From the NCBI GenBank assembly GCA_002269645.1, contig NIVC01005134.1:1-25245 (forward strand): a stretch of DNA of 25,245 nt. Reading direction: 5' to 3'. Origin of the DNA: Macrostomum lignano. Lineage: Eukaryota. The position numbers and the translations under genes are program-made. Every line of letters begins with the position of its first letter. The first letter of the stretch is position 1. This document shows, one piece after another, positions 1 to 13,584 of this stretch. The notes below the pieces were generated by a model, which was not told the DNA's origin, did not search any database, and was given only the letters and a program-made list of their open reading frames with translations.

Positions 1-140
1 AGGTGATTGTAATGGGTAGAAAGATGGATGGGCTGGTAGATAGAAAGGTAAGTAAGTAAGTACATGGGTACGTCAGATAAAGTAGGCAGGTAGGTAAAAA
101 AGTTGGTAGGTAAGGTATACAAGTAGGCAGGTATGCGGAT

Positions 141-350
141 AAGTAGGCAGGTAGGTAGATGAGTAGGCAGGTAGGTAGATGAGTAGGCAGGTAGGTAGAT
201 GAGTAGGCAGGTAGGTAGATGAGTAGGCAGGTAGGTAGATGAGTAGGCAGGTAGGTAGATGAGTAGGCAGGTAGGTAGATAAGTAGGCAGGTAGGTAGAT
301 GAGTAGGCAGGTAGGTAGATAAGTAGGCAGGTAGGTAGATGAGTAGGCAG
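141..350. repeat. Intronic minisatellite, 20-bp unit (GAGTAGGCAGGTAGGTAGAT), ~10 copies
   Basis: Directly visible tandem repeat. Confidence 0.95.
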
Positions 351-588
351 GTTGTTATGCCGGTTGTTTGCTTTAGCGGTAGACAGATGGATATGTAGGA
401 AGGCATTTTGGTGTAGATATTGATAAAAAGGTAGGCAGATAGAAAACTACTCGTAGGTGTAAAGAAAAGAACGCTTGGAGTTCAGATCATTGCCGCTGGT
501 TTGTAGTGTACTCGTAGTTTGGTGTATGGTTAGATTAATCAACGAGGTTGGTAGGCACAAAACAGGGAAATTCAGAAACAATGCTCAC

Positions 589-3436
<2,848 letters not shown>

Positions 3437-3931
3437 CAGCTGCTACGTGAGTCCGGAATTTCGTCCGATTTGGCAATCAAGTCAAAAAAGCTGCCTCGTT
3501 GCTTCCAAGACAAGAAAGAGTTTAGACAGAGTTTATTTTACTAATGCGCAACATTGCTTTCTCAGGCTTGACGGAGAGATGAAATACAACTTGGAGTGAG
3601 AGCGGGTGGGGCCGTTTCCGGCTGTGTGCACTCAAGTTCGAGATGGTGCACTGCATGCACACTGTACACCGAGCTCTCACCCTGTCCATCTGCCTCTCTT
3701 GCTCTCTCTCACCCTCTTCTTTCCCTCAGACTGGCTCGTACTGCGCCCCGCATCCATGTGAAACGTGAGTGCATTTCTGCGAGCAAATCTTTCTCGTTTC
3801 TACGCTCGCAAGAATAGATTTTTCCGCTCAAAAAGCAGAGAGAGAACAATAGGGAGGTAGGGCTTGAGTATATTTGTTTGAGTGGAGCTTTCCGTCATGG
3901 CCACTATTAGCAAGGCCAGATAAAGTATGCT

Positions 3932-4300
3932 AGTAGTATAGAAAAAGACGCTTCTAGACCCAGAGCACTTTTTTAATGACCGTTTTAAGGGTCTAGAGGG
4001 GGACACGGGGGTAAATAAAAAAACACATCTAAACACCATTAATACATCTAATCACCCATAATCACCCCTAACAATAAAAATCACTTCCAAACACTTCCAA
4101 ACACTCCCCAACACCCCCTCGCGTCCCCCTCTTAAGACCTTACAAACGGCCATTAAAATAAGGTCTGATCTAGAAGCGTCTTTTTCTATACTACTACTCT
4201 ACCCAACACTTCCAACACTTCCAACACTTCCAACACACCCCAACACTTCTAACACTTCAAATTCTCTATAACCCCTCGCACGCGCCGCAGGCGCGAAGGG
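3932..4300 (+). repeat. Left terminal inverted repeat (~370 bp); includes an internal inverted copy of the terminus (to 4198) and 9-bp CCAACACTT tandem repeats
   Basis: Reverse-complement match to 22778-23126, e.g. CAGAGCACTTTTTTAATGACCGTTTTAAGGGTCTAGAGGGGGACACGG and the inner CGCGCCGCAGGCGCGAAGGG. Confidence 0.92.
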
Positions 4301-4670
4301 GCACAGTCTGACCCAAACTGAGTCATAGAAAAGGAACAGTGTTTAACTATCTTAAAGCAGCTCACAAAAAGAAAAACTTTGCATGATCACCCCAAAGGGT
4401 CGCAGACAGTATAATGACTAACGTGGGAATTCGGGTTTCTATTATACTCATCATTTACCGAAGCGCAAACCTCAGACTCAAACTGGCTACAACAGGAAGG
4501 TGAGTTGCTTACTCATGAAAAGCGCTTTTATTATTTTCAGCACTCCACCCCAAGCTTTAATTGTGTGTATAAGAATGATGAAATCTAAAAAACTAGCCAC
4601 AGCAAATAGTCTCTTATTTATGCACAACTCCTAATATCTGTCTTTTACAAGAACTAACAAACGTATTATC

Positions 4671-5558
4671 ATGGCATCATCGAAAGAAGCAAGGATATCA
4701 TCTATTGTCGAGATTGCTACGAATTTATCAAGGAAGGATAAGTCATTAATTGGTTGCCGACTTAAAGACTTCTCGGAGAAGGAATTGGAGGCCTTACATG
4801 ATAGTTTAGAAAAGTTGGATGGGGTGAGTGAAAAGAAGCCGACCACCCAAAAGAGGAAAGAGAAAGGTTATGTGGAGAATGTGCTAGAGACAATCTATCA
4901 GAAGTTAGAGGAGAACGAAGATAGAGGAGTTAGTGTGTGCGTGGAAGCGATTACACAAGGCCTATCCTACGTTGGTCTCAAGCTTGAAGGTACGACCAAA
5001 CATGATTTGATTGAAAGATTTAAGAAAATAAAGTCATCTATTGAAGCTCTATCGATTGCTAAGGCAATGATGCAATTTGAGCAGGGTAGACTTATCTACT
5101 ATTTAAGCACGAAGTATCGAATGACAGAGCGAGAGCTGGCCGACTCATTCAACATAACCAGCCGGAAGGTTGAGGATTATAACAAATACTATCAACTCTG
5201 CCTTGAATACCCGGGTTTAATTTTTTCTACCTATTCAATGGGCATAGTAATTAATTATAGTGCTGCGATTTTCAAGAAGGCAAACAACGATGCCAGGTTT
5301 AAGGAACTTCTCAAGATGCAACACGAGACAGTTGCTTTGGTTTTGAAAGATGGCAGTCCTGAAGAAAAGCAAGTTCACCAGTGGTATGAAGACAGTAAGT
5401 GATTGCTTCACTATTGTGGTAATGTAAGTAAGTTCATATTTTTTAAAGCTTGCTTTTATATTGTAGCTTTCAACGAAGATCCTGACGCGGAAGACAAAGC
5501 TGAGAGCGCCGCCGAAGTCCGAGAGATGTTCGAAGGAGGAAAATGGGTTAAGAAGTAA
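4671..5558 (+). CDS. Hypothetical protein with a putative helix-turn-helix and a predicted 72-nt spliceosomal intron (5395-5466) that adds an acidic 31-aa C-terminus
   Basis: 243-aa ORF; MTERELADSFNITSRKVEDY is HTH-like; splicing GTAAGT...TTGTAG joins in frame to TFNEDPDAEDKAESAAEVREMFEGGKWVKK*. Confidence 0.6.
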
Positions 5559-5612
5559 ATAATTTGCGTGCTATTTCCATAACTATTAAACTGACAATCT
5601 TTTTAGTGTATA

Positions 5613-5712
5613 CATGAATTTTTCTCATAGCTTAGAAAAAATCATGTGTGTGTGTGCACCAAACTCTTTTAGTGTATACATGATTTTTTCTAAGCTATGA
5701 GAAAAATTCATG
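5613..5712. repeat. Perfect 34-bp inverted repeat (5613-5646 / 5679-5712) with a 32-nt spacer; each arm is an imperfect palindrome
   Basis: CATGAATTTTTCTCATAGCTTAGAAAAAATCATG and its exact reverse complement. Confidence 0.9.
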
Positions 5713-6001
5713 TGCTGTTATAGACACAATGCACCGAGGACAGAGAGAAAAATGGCCATTCATCGAATAAAAAGCGTCCATTGTGCTCCAGCGGAGCAGG
5801 CCATTTGTGCCATCGGGCACAGCCCGCGAACCATAGGTTCATTTTTGGATAGAGAATCTTTTGTGTTTGCGTCTTCTTTATTTTCTATACAAAAAAGAGT
5901 AAAAAAGAGCTATAAAATAAAACCGCTCGAGATGCTTGCACACTACCCTTTTCTTTAGTGTCTGCAACTTAATTTTTCTGTTACTAAAAATAGAACAAAA
6001 A

Positions 6002-6412
6002 ATGACACACGTTACACATATGCAAAATCTGAACGAATTGCAGGTAGGAGACCCAGTTGAATACCGAGGTGAGGGTCTTTTTGATGTGGTTGGTACAGCA
6101 GCGAATTTCGTTAAAGACAATATGGGTCTTATAGGCCAAGCAGGCTCTGCAGCAGGTTCTATAACAAACGCTGTAAAGGGCGGAATCGAAGCAGCGAGGG
6201 CAGTAGAAGAACTAAAGAAATTGAGAGAATTTAACGACACCCTCTCACAAATAAAAGCAATAAAAGATTTGAAACTAGCGCAGGAAACAACTCAAGCCGC
6301 ACAACCAACAGAAACCCCCACGAAAAGCACACCAATAAGTAATAAAGATATTCAGGATTTTAATAAAATGTTAACCACAATTAAAGGCGGAAAAGGATTA
6401 AAGAAATTTTAA
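6002..6412 (+). CDS. Putative virion core protein with protease-site-like motifs
   Basis: ATG at 6002 in AAAAATG context; GEGLF and terminal IKGG/KGLKKF motifs typical of adenain-processed core proteins. Confidence 0.6.
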   Translation: MTHVTHMQNLNELQVGDPVEYRGEGLFDVVGTAANFVKDNMGLIGQAGSAAGSITNAVKGGIEAARAVEELKKLREFNDTLSQIKAIKDLKLAQETTQAAQPTETPTKSTPISNKDIQDFNKMLTTIKGGKGLKKF

Positions 6413-6422
6413 CAATATAAAA

Positions 6423-7381
6423 ATGGACTCAGTTAATGACGAAAAACGGCTATATTTTATAGGAGAAATTGTAGATACTTTAAATCTAGACGATAATAAA
6501 CATAGTCACGCAATGTTAAAAAGATTGGATCGCTTAGGCAAAAAATTTGACTACGACATCAATACATTTAAACTTGCTGCGAAATATGCACAAGAAGGAA
6601 GACCAATATCCTTTAAGAATCATGGTAGAAATTATAGGCTGACAGACTCCGATGTAAAATTTTTATTGGAGACTCACACTAAAAAGGACGGCGGGTTGTT
6701 ACCCATTTTACCAATTCTTTTAGGACTTGGGGCAGCTGGAGCAGCTGGTTTAGCAGGAAAAAGAATTCATGATAACATAAAACAGTTAGGAGAATTAAAA
6801 GCAAAAGAAGGGGGTATATTACCCCTCGCAACTTTGCTCCCAATAATTTTTGCAGGAATTGGAGCAGCTGGAGGAGTCGCTGGAGGAGCGGCTGGAATTG
6901 CAAAAGCAGTAAATGACAAAAAAGCCGCGGATGAAAAAGCCAAAAGAGAGGCCGAATTTCAAAGACAGCAAATAACACAGGACGCACAATTCAAACAAAA
7001 ACTTATAGATACCATTAATAGTAGTTCAGCAACAGCAGAGCAAAAAAGAAATGCAGAAGCTAAATTAGCAGCTGGAAAAGGTTTAATTTTAAAAGGAACA
7101 ACCCAAGGAAGTGGAGTTGTCGCAGATAAACTACATGAATTTGGCAAACTTTAGAAAAAACGGGTGAGAAAGCTAAAGGATTTTTTGACAATATTGGATC
7201 CAATTTTAGACCAGCTGTTCAGAAAATTTTTAATAAGTTAGGAAAAGATTTTAACATCATTGAAAAACACGACGGAAGCGGATTATATCTCGAAATGCGA
7301 CCAAAAGCAGGTTCAGGAATTTTCTTAAATTCAAACGTTATGGGCAATGGATTGCTATTACCAAAAGCAGATCTCGAATAG
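6423..7381 (+). CDS. Putative core/membrane-active protein with two adenovirus pX-like peptides; frameshifted near 7150-7200
   Basis: KDGG-LLPILPILLGLGAAG and KEGG-ILPLATLLPIIFAGIGAAG resemble adenovirus pX (GGILPLLIPLIAAAIGA). The continuation in other frames carries GSGLYL, GSGIFL and GNGLLL and ends at TAG 7379-7381. Confidence 0.65.
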
Positions 7382-7464
7382 GCTCCTGGGGGAGGGTCTG
7401 GACACCAAAAACACAAAATTAAAAAATCAATAATTCAAACATTATATAAATTTTATTCTATAAA

Positions 7465-7656
7465 ATGGAAGCAATTTTAGCTCAAATCGACAACCCTGAA
7501 CTTAGAGCACAATTAATAGCTCAAATCGATGCACAACGAATTGCCGATAGGGCTGAAATAGAAGCAAGAATTAGGGCAGAAAATGAGATACGTTTAGAAA
7601 GACAATTAAATGATATTAATAACCCCAACCACAAGGACAAAATGGAGCTGAAGTAA
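7465..7656 (+). CDS. Small coiled-coil-like protein, or a detached N-terminus of PolB
   Basis: 63-aa ORF in TATAAAATG context; charged, Ala-rich helical sequence. Confidence 0.4.
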   Translation: MEAILAQIDNPELRAQLIAQIDAQRIADRAEIEARIRAENEIRLERQLNDINNPNHKDKMELK

Positions 7657-7706
7657 TATATATAGATATAGATATAAATACAAATTATAAAGAATATTTT
7701 AAACAA

Positions 7707-10700
7707 ATGAAAGATAAATTAAAGACCATATTAAACAATTATACTATAAGGCCAAATAACAAACGACAGCCAATTAAGTATAAAATAGAAGTTGAAACAG
7801 AATTTAAAAAACCAAATATTCTTAATGCAAATTCAGAAATTGAAGTAATAAATAACTTTTCACAAGAATCATATAAAACATTATTATCAATGGGAAATTA
7901 CAACAATCAATTCGATCAAATAGAAGCTGAGTTTGATGAATGGATAGATAAGATGACAGAAAACGGATCTGGGTTTATATTTGTATCCTGTAATTCAGCA
8001 ATAGTAAAGATTGCACCTATAGAAATTCTTAAAGGACGATCACATATGAAGCTCAAATTTAAATCACCTATGATTATAAATCCAGACAATAAAGATAATA
8101 AATGTTTATTATGGTGTTTATTAATTCATAAATATCACAATCAAGTAGAATCACACATTAATAAAATATATAATTATAGACAATATGAGGATGAAATAAT
8201 AATGAAAAACATATCATACCCAGTAGCAATAGATGATATATATAAGATTGAAAAAATGAATGGTTTAAATATTAATGTGTTTACAATTGAAGAACCAAAA
8301 GATCTAGAAGAAATTTTAACCGATCCAGAATGGTATAAGAAAAGGTGTTATCTTGTTAAGCCAGCAACTGATATAACAGCACCAGATCAAATCGATCTTT
8401 TGTACATGCAGCGCGAAAATGAAACACATTATATATACATAAAGATATTAGTTCTTTTTAAGAGAAAATAGAAATAGATATCCACTATGTAGAAATTGTT
8501 TCACATTTAAAAAGGATGAAACAGCTCTTAAAAACCACCAACGATTTTGTTTAGATCACAAATTTACTAATGCTATAATGCCAGCATCTGAAGATGCAAC
8601 CCTAAAGTTCCAACAACATTATATGGCAGTTAAAAAACCAATAGTAATATATGCTGATTTTGAAGCAACAAATGTTCCCTTAAAAGAATCACAGACAGTA
8701 TCTGATGGTGAATGCACAAAAAAATTGGCACAACAGTTTCCGAATAGTTATTGTATATATGTACACTCCGTAGCTGATCATATATTTAAATCAAGGATGA
8801 TTACTTACCACGGTAATGATGCAGCTAAGCACATGGCAGAATCATTAGTAAATGTATTTGAATATATTCAAAATCAATATGATAAATTATCAAAAAATAT
8901 TAATATGACAAATAAGGATAGAGACAATTATAAAAATGCAACAAATTGTTTTATGTGCAAAAGATATTTAAGTAAGAAAATAAGATACGAGAACATTGTC
9001 ATCTAACGGAATTATCGAGGGGCAGCATGTAGATCATGTAATGCAAAAGAAGGAAAAGGATGTAAGGAAATACCAGTATTTTTTCATAATGGTTCCGGAT
9101 ATGATTTTCATTTCTTAGTTCGAGAATTGCTTCATTTAGGAAAGGATGAATATGAAATAAATATATTACCTAAAACATCAGAAAATTACATATCAATAAC
9201 ATATGGTAAGAAATACTCCCATCTAGTTTTTCTAGATTCCTTGAGATTCTTATCAACATCTTTAGCAAATGTTGTTTCATCATTAGTTCCAAAACCATGG
9301 GATTTAGAAATAGTAAAGAAAAACTTTCCAATACTATTGAATCGTTTCAAAAAGAAAAACTATCCGAGGAAGAACTAATGCTATTAACTCGTAAGGGCAT
9401 CTATCCATATGAATATGTAACATCTGAAGACGTATTTTTTCATACCGAATTACCCCCATAGAAAAGTTTTATTCAACATTATCACAAACAAATATAAGTG
9501 AATCGGATTATGAACACGCTCAAAAAGTATGGAAATACTTTAATTGTAAAACATTTAAAGATTATCATAATCTATATCTTAAAGCAGATGTTCTCCTATT
9601 AGCTGATGCATTTGAAAACTTTAGGAATCATACATATGAGAATTTTAAAATTGATCCCGCATATTGTTTCAGTGCACCGGGATTAACATGGGCTTGTGGT
9701 TTGAAACATACAGATGTTAAGATTGATTTACTAACTGATCATGATATGTTGTTAATGATTGAGAGAGGAATTCGCGGCGGATTCTCGGGTGTACTAGGAG
9801 ATAGATATACTAAAGTAAATAATAAATATCTACCAAATTATAATAAAAAAGAAAAATCATCATATGTATTATATCTAGATGCAAACAATTTATACGGTGG
9901 TTGTATGAAACAAAAATTACCAATAGCTGATTTCCAATGGGAAGATGACCCCGATTATTACAAAAATATTCCCGAAGGAAGGGGCTGTATCGTAGAAGTG
10001 GATTTGCAATATACTCGGAAGCAAAAGCAAAAACATATAAATATCCTTTAGCTCCAGAGCATTGTTCAGTTAATGAAGATGATTTATCACAAACACAAAA
10101 AGATTATCTTAAAGCAGATAATGCAAAACATCTAGCAACAAAAAAATTAATATTAAATTTACATGATAAGAAAAACTATGTAGTGCATTATAAGCTTCTA
10201 CAATTTTATGAAAAGCAGGGATTAAAAGTGTCTAAAGTACATCGAACAATATCGTTTATTGAGGAAGATTGGTTAGCTAAATATATTGACTTTAATTCAA
10301 ATCAGAGACAGATGTCAAAAACAAATTTTGAGAAAGATTATTGGAAATTAATGAATAATGCTTTTTATGGAAAAACGGTTGAAAATATTAGAGATAGAAC
10401 CCAATTCCATTTAGAAAAGGATATTGATAAAGCAAAGAAATATTTCTCAAAACCTAACTTTAAAGACTTTATAAAATTTGATGATAACTTTATGGGTATT
10501 CATATGAGAAATAAAACAACAAAATTTCTTAAACCAATATTTATTGGAATGGTTGTTTTAGATTATGCAAAGCTAGTAATGTATGAATATTATTATGATG
10601 TTATAAATAAAACATGGCCAGATAACTATCCAATATATGCAGACACCGACAGTTTGGTATTTAAGGTTGAAACAGATGACGGAGCGCGAACCAAAGGTTC

Positions 10701-11409
10701 GATGTCTATAAAGATATGGAAAAAATTAAGGATACATGGATACCTCCGACTATCCGGATAACCATCCTTTAAAATCAGATCAAAATAAAAAAGTTGTACT
10801 TAAAATGAAAGATGAATTAAATAGCAAAATCATAACCGAGTTTATAGCAATAAGATCAAAATGCTATGCATTTAAAGTTTTAGGACAGGAGGGAGAGGTA
10901 AAAAAAATAAAAGGGGTATCAAGGCAGCAGTTAAAAAGATAACATTTGATGATTATAAAAACGTACTTTTAGATTACCTTAATACAATTGAAAATTATCA
11001 TGCTCCACAATATCGATTAAATTCAGATAAGCATCAGATGTTTGTCATCGAGACAGATAAAAAAACATTAAGTCCATTTGATGATAAAAGATATTTAGAT
11101 GATAAAATTAAAACATATCCATATGGTTTAAAAGAAGAGATAAAAAATATGATAAAAGATAAAAAACAAAAAGAAGATATAATAAGCAAATATAATGAAT
11201 ACAAAGAGGCAATAAATAATTATTATTACGATTGTGATTGTGAATCCGAATGTGATTGTGAATATAATACATTTCTAGAATATGAAAAAGATATAGATAA
11301 TTATTATTCAACATTTCCAAAAGAACTTAAAAAATTAAATAAGGAAAAAGTCTTGAATAACTGGAAGAGATTAACAGAAAAATTACTTATCGGGTCTGTA
11401 AAAAACTAA
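7707..11409 (+). CDS. polB: Protein-primed family B DNA polymerase (Polinton type) with an endonuclease VII-like Zn motif; split into at least 7 ORF pieces by small frameshifts
   Basis: Motifs in order: DNKCLLWC, YADFE (Exo I), CFMC..HCHLT..YRGAACRSCN, FHNGSGYDFH (Exo II), RKGIYPYEY, DVLLLADAFENFR, RGIRGGFS, YLDANNLYG (A), KLMNNAFYGKT (B), YADTDS (C), KMKDE, KCY, KIKGV, LSPFDDKR. Confidence 0.95.
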
Positions 11410-11812
11410 AGCATGTAATTGTTTGAGCAAATCATTAACTTCAATTTCATATATTATTGAGCACCAATTATCCTCACAGTCGGCAGGGTAACTTAAACAA
11501 TCCTTTATTTTTTTCCTAAGTTTTTTTATTTTTCTAACAACGATCTATTTCAATTTCAATTACTATTTCAGCATAAAAATTGCTTTTTATAAAACGTTTT
11601 CTTTTATCATCTATCGGATGGGAAACATATCGTATACTCGATAAATATAATATTATTTATTTTTTTATTAATATCATTAAGTTCACGCTCTTTAGTGATA
11701 AGGATTTTTATCGTATCTCATTTTCTTATAAAAAATTTACTTATTCGTCATCCTCCCAAACCGAAGCCAATTTTACAGTCCTATCACTCTTTTTATTTTT
11801 TGTTGTTTTAGT

Positions 11813-12064
11813 TTAAATTGCAACCACTCTCAGACTGTATTTCATAACAAACGCTTTAGGTTTATTAATAACTAAAACAGGAAAATTTTTAACATCATCT
11901 CCGCTTAGACATAAAATTTTTTGCCCATCTAATTGTAAAAATATTGATTGAAGCCCAATAAATTTAACCTGTCTCAAACATATAATATTATATTCTTTAT
12001 TCTCCAACATATTGGGTGTGAGATAATTAATCACATTAGAATCGGTTTTGAACCAGCTCTCCAT
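11813..12064 (-). CDS. Hypothetical protein; probably extends by frameshift to ~11740 and is followed by another fragmented minus-strand ORF to ~11406
   Basis: 83-aa ORF in TAAAAATG context; no recognisable motif. Confidence 0.4.
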   Translation of the reverse strand: MESWFKTDSNVINYLTPNMLENKEYNIICLRQVKFIGLQSIFLQLDGQKILCLSGDDVKNFPVLVINKPKAFVMKYSLRVVAI

Positions 12065-12090
12065 TTTTAATCTAAAAAAATAACAAAAAA

Positions 12091-12369
12091 ATGAAAGACA
12101 TTTATGTTTGTAATAAATGTAACGTGACTATGCACAGAGCTCAAACAGCAAACGGAGATATATATCATATGTGTTATTCATGTTCTAAAATATATCAATT
12201 TGAAAAAACAAAAAAGATTGAAAACTCATATTACTATTTTAAAAACACAATTTTAAGAAATCTTACAAGAGACATTTCTGATCCAATTTTAATTCCCGGA
12301 AATAATGTTTATTTATATAATAACTTTTTCCATTTAAATAAAGGAAAGGGATTAAGTTCGAAAGACTGA
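12091..12369 (+). CDS. Small zinc-ribbon protein
   Basis: CNKC-x17-CYSC; AAAAAATG start. Confidence 0.55.
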   Translation: MKDIYVCNKCNVTMHRAQTANGDIYHMCYSCSKIYQFEKTKKIENSYYYFKNTILRNLTRDISDPILIPGNNVYLYNNFFHLNKGKGLSSKD

Positions 12370-12579
12370 AAGGATTTTAATTTTAGTTGGATATTATTTT
12401 AATTTTCTTATTCGAGAGAATACAAAGTTTATAAGGATAGGTAACATACCTAACGAAATGTTACTGAAAAAGTCATTGGAATTTTTATGTATTGATAAAA
12501 AATTTAAACCTAGGATCAGAGAGAGTTACCACTTTGGGAAGAATATATAACATATGCATTAGAAAAACTAAACAACATT

Positions 12580-13214
12580 AAGTTCTACCGCACTACCTGA
12601 CCGCGGGCTTTGTACCCCAGTACAATAGTTTCGGTTCGTATTCAATGTTTCTATCGGAGGAGCTTTGGGTTTGTCCAAACGCAATTCTTCAATTCCATAT
12701 CGGTAAAAGTTTCAACATCTAAAATTCTATTTCTATCTTTTAAATATTTTTCATATAATCAACCGCGGTTGATAATTCATGAATCGTTATCTCTCCGTCA
12801 TCCAATATTTTTTGCACATATAAATATAATTGATTTTTATATTGTTTTGCAACATCTCTTAAAGATTTATATTTTTCCTTTCTTTTTTTAAGATATAATT
12901 TAATTGCTAAAAGTATTGATAAGTTCTGATCAATTCAAAACCTGATATTGAGCCAATTGAAATACCTAAAAATAATTGAGATAAATTAAGAGTTGGAATA
13001 GATTGTAAAATACCTAAAACGATTACACATAACATTGATAAGCTTCCAAATCCAATATTGAAAAAATCCATATTTCTTATATGGTTTGAAACTCTTCTTA
13101 CTTTTTTAGTATATAAATCATAATCATAGTTAATACGATCAACATTACTTAACATGTGACCTTGCGTTGGTTGAACCGGTCGCGTTCCCTTTTATCTGCT
13201 TCAGATACCGACAT
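12580..13214 (-). CDS. Putative two-pass membrane protein, frameshifted; ends approximate
   Basis: Two hydrophobic segments in ORF 12907-13155; another frame continues as ...QKILDDGEITIHEL..., resembling a motif I recall from Maverick membrane proteins. Confidence 0.4.
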
Positions 13215-13298
13215 TCTCGTCTATTTTTAATAGCACCAAAATGAATTCCCCACGCTCTTTGGGTATTTGCCCGGAGCTTAATAGGTATTGTATTGGAG

Positions 13299-13502
13299 TT
13301 ATTCTTTCTTTTTTCTCCCATTTAAATCCATTTTCCAAAACTCTTGAAGTATAATATGATTTTTTAATAGTTTAATTAATTCTTGAAGCTTCTTATTATC
13401 CTGAACATTTACAGTACTAAATAAAAATTTGGTATGAGATTTGAATGTTTTTATATTTGATTCTTGTTTAGGAATAGGAATAATAACATTATTTTGCCGC
13501 AT
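13299..13502 (-). CDS. Hypothetical protein; probably extends by frameshift to ~13200
   Basis: 67-aa ORF; another frame continues RITPIQYLLSSGQIPKE. Confidence 0.35.
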   Translation of the reverse strand: MRQNNVIIPIPKQESNIKTFKSHTKFLFSTVNVQDNKKLQELIKLLKNHIILQEFWKMDLNGRKKKE

Positions 13503-13584
13503 CGATGGGTTCTACTAAAAGCCATTTTATATAGAAATATTTAATATTTATAGTATATTTTTGTTCGCGACTTAGGCTTTAGCC

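Noticed and set aside
4414-4540. Possible upstream mini-exon (ATG 4414, donor GTGAGT at 4500, acceptor 4540)
   Set aside because: The 41-nt intron is very short and the spliced product does not join the 4671 ORF convincingly
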